DNA of 64,000 nucleotides, taken from Deltaproteobacteria bacterium. GTDB lineage: Bacteria > Myxococcota_A > UBA796 > SXON01. This document shows, in pieces, positions 34,591 to 42,525 of the stretch. Numbering within the stretch: position 1 is the stretch's first letter; every line of letters starts with the position of its first letter. The notes under the pieces are model-generated. The model saw nothing but the letters and a program-made list of their open reading frames with translations, did not search any database and was not told where the DNA came from. The stretch lies in NCBI GenBank assembly GCA_014191855.1, contig BJHF01000010.1, positions 1,121-65,120 of the forward strand, in the 5' to 3' direction. The position numbers and the translations under genes were made by a program.

Positions 34591-35881
34591 TGTCCAGGGC
34601 TCGATCCAGGATCTCGAAACCATCGTTGAGCTGGGCTTCGGTGATGGAGAGCGGGGGGTTGCACATGATCCCGTCCCAACGGACGAAGGTGACGAGGCCG
34701 TTCTCCACGAGGAAACGGTTGAGTTGGGCCATGGCCGGGTGCGCATCCGGGTAGTGGGCAATCGGGTTGCCCGCCTTGTCCTGGATCTCCAGGATCCCGA
34801 ACAAGCCAAAACAACGGCCACGCCGTACCGAGGGGTGCTTCAGCCGCAGCCGCTCCATGTGGGCGCGCACGATGGGCTCCATCTTCGCCGCGTTCTCCAC
34901 CATGCCTTCGTCGATCAGCACGTCGATACACGCCAGCGCACAGGCGAGCAGCGTGGGGTGCGCGTTGTAGGTGAGCCCGCCCCAGAACACGTTCTTGCGA
35001 AAGTGTTCGGCGATGGGGTCGGACACCGCCATGGCGCCCAGCGGGAGGTAGGAGCTGGTGAGCCCCTTCGCCATGGTGAGAATATCCGGGAGGATGCCGC
35101 CATGTTCGAAGGCGAACAGCTTGCCGGTGCGCCCCCACCCGCACATCACCTCGTCGCAGATGAGCAGGATGCCGTATTTGTTGAGCAACGCGCGCAGCCC
35201 AGCCAACCAGCCGCGCGGCGGCATCAGGATGCCGTTGGTGCCGGTTACCGTTTCGATGATCATCGCCGCGATGGTGGTCGGGCCCTCAGAGCGGATCGTC
35301 TCCTCCAGATAGCGGAGGTGGTTCGCGGTGATCGTGTCTTCATCGTCGCCGAAGGAGTAGTCGTAGGGCCACGGATCGAGCACGCGCACGAACCCGGGGG
35401 CTCCGGGCTCGTTGTACCAGCGCCGGTTGTCACCCGTGGCCTGCAACGTAAGGTTGGTGCCCCCGTGGTAGCTGCGGTAGCGGGAGAGGATCTTGTTTCG
35501 ACCGGTGTAGAGGCGGGCCGCCCGGATCGCGTTCTCGTTGGCTTCTGCGCCGCCGAGCGTGAAGAAGAAGGTGTTCAGGTTGCCGGGGACGAGCTCAGCC
35601 AGCCGCTTCCCGAGCTTCGCCCTCACCTCTGTGGCGGCGCCAGGGTACGCGAAGGCGAGCGTGGCCATCTGCTCCGCCACCGCCGCGAGCACCTTCGGGT
35701 GCGAGTGGCCGATGTTCACCGACATCAGGCCGCTGTTCCAGTCGAGATACCGCTTCCCATCGACATCCCAGAGGTACACGCCCTCGGCCCGCGCGACGGG
35801 CAGCGGATCCACCTTGCCGGTGGCGGACCAGGAGTAGAGCGTGTGTTCGAGGCAGGCGGAGACGATCTCGTCGCGGTTCAT
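34568..35881 (-). CDS. Class-III (omega) aminotransferase, PLP-dependent
   Basis: 437 aa. Motifs are NIGHSHP, TLGGAEANENA, DEVMCGWGRTGKLFAFEH and the PLP-lysine context LTMAKGLTSSYLPLG. Confidence 0.9.
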   Translation of the reverse strand: MNRDEIVSACLEHTLYSWSATGKVDPLPVARAEGVYLWDVDGKRYLDWNSGLMSVNIGHSHPKVLAAVAEQMATLAFAYPGAATEVRAKLGKRLAELVPGNLNTFFFTLGGAEANENAIRAARLYTGRNKILSRYRSYHGGTNLTLQATGDNRRWYNEPGAPGFVRVLDPWPYDYSFGDDEDTITANHLRYLEETIRSEGPTTIAAMIIETVTGTNGILMPPRGWLAGLRALLNKYGILLICDEVMCGWGRTGKLFAFEHGGILPDILTMAKGLTSSYLPLGAMAVSDPIAEHFRKNVFWGGLTYNAHPTLLACALACIDVLIDEGMVENAAKMEPIVRAHMERLRLKHPSVRRGRCFGLFGILEIQDKAGNPIAHYPDAHPAMAQLNRFLVENGLVTFVRWDGIMCNPPLSITEAQLNDGFEILDRALDITDAAMA

Positions 35882-35890
35882 CCGCCCCGG

Positions 35891-36118
35891 TTATCCGATC
35901 GCCTTGGCCACGGCGCGCACGATCTCGGCCTCGTCCGGGAAGCCAGACCACGTCTTTTTGGCGACGATGCTGCCGTTCACGGCGATGGTGAAGATGCCGC
36001 CGCTGCCCTTCACGAGCGTGGCCTCGACGCCGAGCTCCTCCCGCAGCACATCCACCGCCCGGGTGGCGCGCGGGAGGTAGCCTCAGGCCGTGCAGTAGGT
36101 GATGACGATGTCGCTCAT
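35891..36118 (-). CDS. SelW/Rdx-family selenoprotein (in-frame TGA = Sec at codon 12)
   Basis: My translation from the ATG at 36118 is MSDIVITYCTA-U-GYLPRATRAVDVLREELGVEATLVKGSGGIFTIAVNGSIVAKKTWSGFPDEAEIVRAVAKAIG, ending at TAA (35893-35891). YCTAUGY matches the SelW CxxU redox motif (mammalian SelW has YCGAUGY). GGAG lies 7 nt upstream of the ATG. The ORF track only shows the first 11 codons as the tail of a spurious ORF. Confidence 0.75.
36037..36085 (-). promoter_or_regulatory. UGA codon plus SECIS-like hairpin
   Basis: The UGA is at 36085-36083. Five nt later comes CCUCCCGC-GCG-CCACC-CGGGC-GGUGG-AUGUGCU-GCGGGAGG, an 8-bp lower stem and 5-bp upper stem. The apical loop lies ~24-28 nt after the UGA, within the spacing known for bacterial SECIS elements. 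Confidence 0.55.
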
Positions 36119-36144
36119 GACGGGCTCCGGGGTTGAACGGTTGC

Positions 36145-37065
36145 TCAGACGCAGTCCTCGACCAGCTTGCGGTAGCTCTCCAGGCGCTCGGGCCAGCTCA
36201 CCGCCTCCTCGGCGACACAACCTTCGTCGCCGAGGTGGAGGCAATCGCGGAACTTGCACGGGAGGCCCACCAGCTCGGGGAACAGGTGGCGTAGCTCCTC
36301 GCGGGGCACGTGGCCGACGCCAAACTCCCGGATGCCGGGAACGTCGATGATGCGGCCGCCGCCCGGAAGGTCGTAGAGCTTGGCCGCCGTCGTGGTGTGG
36401 CGCCCTCGGCCCCAGGCGTCCAGTTCGCCGGTGAGCACGACGGCGCCCGGAACCAGAGCGCGGATGAGCGTGGACTTCCCGACCCCGCTGTGGCCGAGCA
36501 GCACGCTGGTCTTTCCGGCGAGCGCGGCGCGGAGCTCGTCGATCCCGCGCCCGTCGGTCGCCGAGACGAGCACGGACGGGTAGCCGAGCGCCTCGTAGCG
36601 GGCCACCCACTCCAGCACCTCCTCGGGCATGCCGGTGTCGCACTTGTTCACCACGAGCATCGCCGAGAGTCCGCCGGCGGCGGCGGCGACGACCATGCGG
36701 TCCACCAGGCCGGGCCGGAACGGCGGGTCGATGGCCGCGGACACGATCACCAGCATGTCCGCGTTGCTGACGACAAGCCGTGAACCTGCAGTTTCACCGG
36801 TGCGCTCCAGGCGGCTGGTTCGGGCCGCCGTTTCGACGACCACGCCTTCCGCCACCCGCACGCGGTCGGCGACCACCACGTGTGCGCCGCGTGTGGGGAG
36901 GATCCCCTCGACGCCATCGTCGGCGCGCACCCGTACGCGGCGGCCCACCATCTCCACCACCTCGTACCACCGCGTCGCCGCTACGTTTACCGCCGGTTTT
37001 GGGGCAGAGCTCCGCCGACGCCGATCGGGCGGCGCGGCTTCGGCGTCGTCTTCAAAGACTGGCAT
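36145..37065 (-). CDS. rsgA: Ribosome small-subunit-dependent GTPase A
   Basis: 306 aa from the ATG at 37065. It has an OB-fold N-terminus. The circularly permuted GTPase motifs are VVNKCD, then LLGHSGVGKSTL, then DVPG. The C-terminal zinc knuckle is CKFRDCLHLGDEGC. Confidence 0.9.
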   Translation of the reverse strand: MPVFEDDAEAAPPDRRRRSSAPKPAVNVAATRWYEVVEMVGRRVRVRADDGVEGILPTRGAHVVVADRVRVAEGVVVETAARTSRLERTGETAGSRLVVSNADMLVIVSAAIDPPFRPGLVDRMVVAAAAGGLSAMLVVNKCDTGMPEEVLEWVARYEALGYPSVLVSATDGRGIDELRAALAGKTSVLLGHSGVGKSTLIRALVPGAVVLTGELDAWGRGRHTTTAAKLYDLPGGGRIIDVPGIREFGVGHVPREELRHLFPELVGLPCKFRDCLHLGDEGCVAEEAVSWPERLESYRKLVEDCV

Positions 37066-38215
37066 CGATCGTGACCGCGCTCTGGATACGCACCGTCTCG
37101 TCGTTCGACCACGGCACGAACGCGCCCCCGCGAACATGGACGGCGGCCAGCGGGCTGAAGTACCACTTGAGGTCGGCATCCAGCTCGCCGCCGAGCGGCT
37201 CACCGGCCCCGTCCCACAGGTGGTGGACGGCGGCGTCGAGGCGCAAGGGAGGGGCAATGGTCGCCTTTGCGGTAAGCGCGGCGTCGAGCGCTCCGGCGCC
37301 GCTGCGCAAGCCGGTGTCGTCGAAGAGCCCAAGCCAGCCGAAGCGCTGGTGGGTGTCGGCGAGGGGGCGCAAGAAGGTCGGCGTTTCTCCGCCGCCGAGC
37401 CAGTCGAAGCGACCCGACAGCACCACGCGGGCGTCGTCGCCGAGCGCCCAGCCGAGCTGGCCGGACGCCATCGGGGCGGGCGCCCCGACCGTTGGCTGCA
37501 GGTACCCGTCCGCGGAAGCGCGGACGCGGCCCACTGCGGCGGATGCGGTGAGCCCGGTGGTCAAGAGCGGGCTCCGTTCCAAAGCGTAGACATCGGATTC
37601 CCAGGTGTTCACGAGGAGAAACACGGCGCCCACCTTCCATGCGGCGGAGGGGTTCTCGCGGCCGGCCCCAAGGCGTAGCGCATGGAACGCGCTGCTCCAG
37701 TCGGACCCAAACCGGTCGTGCTGAACGGCCATGCCCGTGATCGCGTCCAGCTCCCACGGGAGCGCGCGAACGCGCACTCGGCCCGCGAGGGGAAAATTAC
37801 CTTCGAGGCGTAGATCGTCGTCCCCCAGCACCGCGCCATCGTCCCATTCGAGCGGCTGAATCCCGCCGGAGAACTCCAGACCGAGGGCCGACGAGAGGGG
37901 AACGGACCAGCCGGCCCAGGCTTCGCCGAAGCGGGGGCCGTCGGTCAGCGTGATCCCGATCGGGTGCCAGACGACCGAGTCCGCGAGGCTCAGGCGGAGC
38001 CGCAGGGATTTACGCTGAGCTTCCAGGCCGAGGCGACCGGCGAGGGTGAAGAGGTCACTGCCCCCCCCGTCCGGCAGCGTAAGCTCCGACTCCACCCCGG
38101 TTCGCAGCTCCAGGACGGGTTTCCACTCCAAAACAGGCGCGCCCAGCCCGGGCCGCGCACCAGTGGCGTCGTCGCCGGCAAGCGCCAGTTGCACCGCTAG
38201 AAGCCCGGCGAACAT
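37052..38215 (-). CDS. Outer-membrane beta-barrel protein (alginate-export/porin-like)
   Basis: 387 aa with signal-like MFAGLLAVQLALA. Alternating amphipathic strands run throughout. The family assignment is tentative. Confidence 0.6.
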   Translation of the reverse strand: MFAGLLAVQLALAGDDATGARPGLGAPVLEWKPVLELRTGVESELTLPDGGGSDLFTLAGRLGLEAQRKSLRLRLSLADSVVWHPIGITLTDGPRFGEAWAGWSVPLSSALGLEFSGGIQPLEWDDGAVLGDDDLRLEGNFPLAGRVRVRALPWELDAITGMAVQHDRFGSDWSSAFHALRLGAGRENPSAAWKVGAVFLLVNTWESDVYALERSPLLTTGLTASAAVGRVRASADGYLQPTVGAPAPMASGQLGWALGDDARVVLSGRFDWLGGGETPTFLRPLADTHQRFGWLGLFDDTGLRSGAGALDAALTAKATIAPPLRLDAAVHHLWDGAGEPLGGELDADLKWYFSPLAAVHVRGGAFVPWSNDETVRIQSAVTIDASL

Positions 38216-40626
38216 GCAGGCTCCGTGGTGAGCGGGAAGGGGGCAGCCCAGCGCACGAAGCCGTCTTCAGGCAGGAGGTTGGGGTCGTCCTGGCCGGCGG
38301 GCGTGACGAGATCCCACGGCGTGGCTGCTGCGGGAAGCGTCGCAAACGTCGTTGCGTCGAGGCGGGTGTAGAGCGCGCTCGGGCGGGCGTTGTCGCGCAT
38401 CAGTCCGGACCTGTGAATGCCGTGACTGAGGCCGCCTTCCACGAACGTGCCGTTGGGCGTGACGAACAGCCGCGCGAGGTAGCGATACACGTAGTTGTTT
38501 CGTGCCAGCGCCTCGGCCTCGGTGAGGTGCGGACGTGCGAGACCCGGGTCGAAGCCCACTGGGTCCAACGCGAACGCGAAGCCGCGCAGGGAGCCGGCCG
38601 CGCCACCCGCACCGGCGCTCGTCGCGCTTCCCAGCACCTGCCAGTCGGGCGGTGGGGCATCCTCCTGGCGCGGGAGGGCGGTGAACGCAGCGGCCTCAGC
38701 GCGCCCACAATGTAGGTTTGCACGGGCGGTTCGGTCGGTCGTCGCCTTCAGTGCCGCGTCTGCGCGGTCCGCCTCGGGCGCGACCTTCGGCGCGGGCAGC
38801 GCACGATCCCACATCGCGGTCGATGTCTCGGTGGCGGCAGCGCCCTCGATGACGGCGAGATCGAGGACCACGGAAACGCCGCCTTCGGGGCTGGTGGTGC
38901 GCCCGTGGCGCAGGGTTGGCCCACGGTTGTCGAAGTCGTTGCAGATTCCGCCGATGATCGTGCTTTGAACCTGGATTGTCGTGCTATCGAGGAGGCTGGC
39001 GCCGAGGTCGAGGCCGGCGAGGCAGATGCCCTCTTCGGCGCGCGCGGCCGTGTCGATCTGGAAGCCTTGGAGCACGACTCCCGCGCCCGGCGTCGTGACC
39101 CCGATGGGCACGCGGACGGTGTACGCGGGCCGCGCCTGCTCCATCAGCTCCGCCACCGAGGGGTTCTCCCGCTCGCGGTCGCGTGGTACCACCGTGATCC
39201 GAACGCGGTAGCGCGTGAAATTCAAGCCGGGAACCCCGCTGTAGTCGGTGAGCGCCACGGCTTGCCGATTACGGCCGATCGCGCTTCGCGGAAGGAACGT
39301 ACGCGCCCACATCCCCAACGAGCCCCCAATCTCCACCTGCCAACGGCCCCCCAGCGCCCGAGTCCACGCGCCCGGCTCGCCCTCGCTGTTCTTGGCGAGC
39401 GACACGGCGAGCTGCGCCAGGCGATGGTCCCGGGCAAACCAGCGTAGATCGAAGCCGTTCAGACCGAGCGGGAGGGCATCCGGCATGCGCTCCACGGAGA
39501 TCAACCGCGCCCATGCACCGCTGTGGGGGGCCGCGGTGGGCGTAGTGAGCACCGTGGCGTTGGGGTGCCAGGCGGAGCCCGCTTCGGCGTCGTTGTCGAA
39601 GAGCACGAGCGCCTCCACGGCGTCGGACTCCGGGTTGGACGAAGGCAAGACCGCCAGTGCAGACGGCCGATCGTGGAAGATGTCGGCCAGATCGAGCGGC
39701 GTGAGCCGGTCCCCGTCTACCCTCCAGAGGCGTCCGCCGAAGGCGGGCTCGGTGTCGTAGCCGTAGCTGTCCCATGCTGAAACGGCGTAGATATGGCCGC
39801 TCTGGGTGCTCAGCCCGGTCAGCCCTTCAGCCGGGCCGAGCGGGGCACCGCTGCTGCCGTCGGCGAGCACCGAGAGGGTGGCGGCCAGCCCCATCTTCGC
39901 GTCCACCAGCGGGTAGCGCAACACCCGCAGCGCGGGGCCGGAGCACCGGCTGAGGCCCACGTACACGTCGCCCCCTTCTCGGTCGTAGGCCAACCCTTCC
40001 ACGAGCAGGTCGTCGTTGCAGTTGGCGCGGCCCCAGTCCGATAACGAGTCGCGAAGGCGGGTGATCTCGGGGAGATCCTGCTCGACCCAGGTCTGTCCGC
40101 GGCGCTCCAGCACAAAGAGCCGTTCGGTTTGACGCCGACTGCGCGCCATCAGATCGCGACGAAACCCGGTTCGGCGGCCGACCGAGGAATACTTCGTCAC
40201 CCCGATCACCCGATTGGGCCCGAATGCCGAGAGGTCCTCGACATCGAACGGGGCGCGTACGCCCTTCTCTCGCTCCAACCAGTCGATCGGCTGGGCCTGG
40301 AGGCGCACCTCGGCCCGAAAATGCCGCACATCGCAACGGGCAGAGGCGTTGTCGTCTTCGGCACAACTGTCGCGCCCATCCCGCAGCGGAAGGAGGTCCA
40401 GCAGGCCGCCCGGCCGCAGCGCCGTGTCGGGGTCCGGGGCGTACAACACGTCCGCCACGCCCTCCGCCACCGCGACCACGTGCCCGTCGTCCAATAGCGC
40501 CACCCCGCTAAGCTCCAGCGGCGCCGTTTTCCCGGGAGGCTCAAGCGAGAGCAGGGGGTAGCTCCGGTACTGGGCGCAGCCCGACGCCGCGAGCAACAGC
40601 GCGATCAACCCGGGACGCGTCGCCAC
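38197..40626 (-). CDS. Large hypothetical lipoprotein
   Basis: 809 aa with lipobox LLLAASGC. The N-terminal half has beta-propeller/phytase-like character, but I recognise no firm family. It overlaps both neighbours (19 and 22 nt). Confidence 0.7.
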   Translation of the reverse strand: MATRPGLIALLLAASGCAQYRSYPLLSLEPPGKTAPLELSGVALLDDGHVVAVAEGVADVLYAPDPDTALRPGGLLDLLPLRDGRDSCAEDDNASARCDVRHFRAEVRLQAQPIDWLEREKGVRAPFDVEDLSAFGPNRVIGVTKYSSVGRRTGFRRDLMARSRRQTERLFVLERRGQTWVEQDLPEITRLRDSLSDWGRANCNDDLLVEGLAYDREGGDVYVGLSRCSGPALRVLRYPLVDAKMGLAATLSVLADGSSGAPLGPAEGLTGLSTQSGHIYAVSAWDSYGYDTEPAFGGRLWRVDGDRLTPLDLADIFHDRPSALAVLPSSNPESDAVEALVLFDNDAEAGSAWHPNATVLTTPTAAPHSGAWARLISVERMPDALPLGLNGFDLRWFARDHRLAQLAVSLAKNSEGEPGAWTRALGGRWQVEIGGSLGMWARTFLPRSAIGRNRQAVALTDYSGVPGLNFTRYRVRITVVPRDRERENPSVAELMEQARPAYTVRVPIGVTTPGAGVVLQGFQIDTAARAEEGICLAGLDLGASLLDSTTIQVQSTIIGGICNDFDNRGPTLRHGRTTSPEGGVSVVLDLAVIEGAAATETSTAMWDRALPAPKVAPEADRADAALKATTDRTARANLHCGRAEAAAFTALPRQEDAPPPDWQVLGSATSAGAGGAAGSLRGFAFALDPVGFDPGLARPHLTEAEALARNNYVYRYLARLFVTPNGTFVEGGLSHGIHRSGLMRDNARPSALYTRLDATTFATLPAAATPWDLVTPAGQDDPNLLPEDGFVRWAAPFPLTTEPACSPGF

Positions 40627-41342
40627 AGCCGGCCTCCGCAGATGTGGGTTTGATCAATGCGAACCTCGACGTCGAACACGGATACATCCCCGCGCACACC
40701 GATACGTGTCAGATGTATCACCACGGCGTCCCCCGCCTTCGCGCTCCCGCGAAACCGGATCACCTCGGCAACCGGGACGATCTCCAGCGGATCGAACCCA
40801 AGCGCGGCGACGTGCCGGCTCAGCGCTTCGTCCGCCCAGTCCACGTAGCGCGGGTGGTTGGTGTGCCCGAGCGGATCCATCTCCGTGTACCAGGGGGTGA
40901 GGTGAAAAGGGGGGAGCACCTCCGGCGGAATCTCGTCAAACGCAGGCAGTTCGACGGGATCCGCGGGCGTTACCACGAACGCCTCGGTCACCGAAGGTCC
41001 GGCGCGCTTCGGAACCCCATCCCGCCCCACGTGGGCCCATTGCACGGTGGTTCGCATCACGTCAGCCACCCAGGTTTCCCGACGCAGCAGGATCCCCCGG
41101 CGAGACTCGGCGATACATGTATCGGTCGGGAGCACCTCGCCATACCGCGCTTCACGGAGGTGCAGGCCGCACATCTCGCGAACGACGAACGCGGTGCCCT
41201 CCTCCCGGTAGCGGCTCGCCGGCCAGCCCACCCCCTCCGACGCGAGCACCGCGGCCTCCTGCACGAGGCGCCAGAGATCCCCGGCGCGCGACGTGTCTCG
41301 CGGGGAGCAGGCGTGGCGGGGGATGCGGAGCGTCCAGGACAC
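40605..41342 (-). CDS. Acyl-ACP/acyl-CoA thioesterase-like tandem hotdog protein
   Basis: 245 aa in two halves, each with a hotdog-like pattern (DLWRLVQEAA...FVVREM; MDPLGHTNHPRYVDWADEA). This resembles the FatA/B-type thioesterase architecture. Confidence 0.55.
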   Translation of the reverse strand: MSWTLRIPRHACSPRDTSRAGDLWRLVQEAAVLASEGVGWPASRYREEGTAFVVREMCGLHLREARYGEVLPTDTCIAESRRGILLRRETWVADVMRTTVQWAHVGRDGVPKRAGPSVTEAFVVTPADPVELPAFDEIPPEVLPPFHLTPWYTEMDPLGHTNHPRYVDWADEALSRHVAALGFDPLEIVPVAEVIRFRGSAKAGDAVVIHLTRIGVRGDVSVFDVEVRIDQTHICGGRLWRRVPG

Positions 41343-42379
41343 TACCCCTCCTCGTAGATGTGGAGCAGCGCGAGCAGGAGCGCCATCAGCACTGGGCCGA
41401 CGAGGAGCCCGATCACACCGAAGGTGGTGAGTCCGCCAAAAACGCCGAGAAACACCAGGAGTGTTGGCATGTCGCTGCGGCCGCGCACGATCAGCGGCTT
41501 CACCAGGTTGTCTACGGTGCCGGTGAGCCCGATCGACCAGATCGTGATGAACAACGCCGCGCCAGCCCGATCCTGCAACAGCAGGAGCAGCGCGACGGGG
41601 ACCCAGGCCACCGCGGAGCCCACGAGCGGGATGAACGCGAGCACGCCCGTGAGCACCGCGAAGAGGATCGGGCGATCCACGCCGGCCAGCCAGTAGCCGA
41701 CGCCCGCCACCGCGCCCTGGACCATCGCTGCGACGACGCCTGCGAGGACGACGTTGCGCGCGAACTCGGCGAAGACCTCAAACAGGCGGGTCGTGTGTGC
41801 CTCCGCCAGTGGAATCATGCGCTTGGCCCAGGCGCGCAGCTCTGCGCCGCGATGGAACAGCGTTGTGAGCGCGAGGTAGAAGATGCACAGATCCAGCAGC
41901 GCGCGGGCGGTGACGCCGAGGAAGCCAGGGACGTACTGCCCAACGTCCTTGGCGACGCCGAGGAGCCCATCCCGCGCGGTGGTGCGCAGCGCTTCGGTGA
42001 GCGCCGGAGCGCCGCCCGCCTGGTCTACGAGCCACTGCACGAGGGGGACGCCGGTGATCGCCGCGCCCCAGCTCGCCAGATCACCTCGATCTAGTTCGGC
42101 CGCGAGCTGCGTGGCGAGCGCGGCAAGCTCGCGGCTCACCAGCCAGAACAGCCCGCCCACCGGGACCACGACGCCGACCGTGAGCAGGATGACGGTGAGC
42201 GCGGTGGAGATCGAGCGCGGGCCCCGTACTCGCTGAACGAGCCAGAGGTGGAGCGGCCAGGCGAGGATGGCCGCGACCGTGGCGACGAGCAATGCGTCGA
42301 GGAATGGCCGTACGAGCCAGATCACCGCGGCGAGCGTCGCGAGTAGCAGGATCCGGAGCGCGAGCGGGGGGGACGGCAT
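41342..42379 (-). CDS. AI-2E family transporter (PerM/UPF0118)
   Basis: 345 aa with about 8 TM helices. The C-terminal pattern GTVDNLVKPLIVRGRSDMPTLLVFLGVFGGL is typical of the family. Confidence 0.85.
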   Translation of the reverse strand: MPSPPLALRILLLATLAAVIWLVRPFLDALLVATVAAILAWPLHLWLVQRVRGPRSISTALTVILLTVGVVVPVGGLFWLVSRELAALATQLAAELDRGDLASWGAAITGVPLVQWLVDQAGGAPALTEALRTTARDGLLGVAKDVGQYVPGFLGVTARALLDLCIFYLALTTLFHRGAELRAWAKRMIPLAEAHTTRLFEVFAEFARNVVLAGVVAAMVQGAVAGVGYWLAGVDRPILFAVLTGVLAFIPLVGSAVAWVPVALLLLLQDRAGAALFITIWSIGLTGTVDNLVKPLIVRGRSDMPTLLVFLGVFGGLTTFGVIGLLVGPVLMALLLALLHIYEEG

Positions 42380-42525
42380 GGAAGGCGGCGCGGTGGCTAT
42401 AAGCCACGCCGGACAGCGCGACCGCTGGCCTGATGGCGCCGCGATGCCGGGCGAGGCCCGTTCGCGTGAGACCTGGCCTGCGGCATCGCCCCCATCCCCC
42501 TCGGTCTTTGTGCCGATGTCCGACC

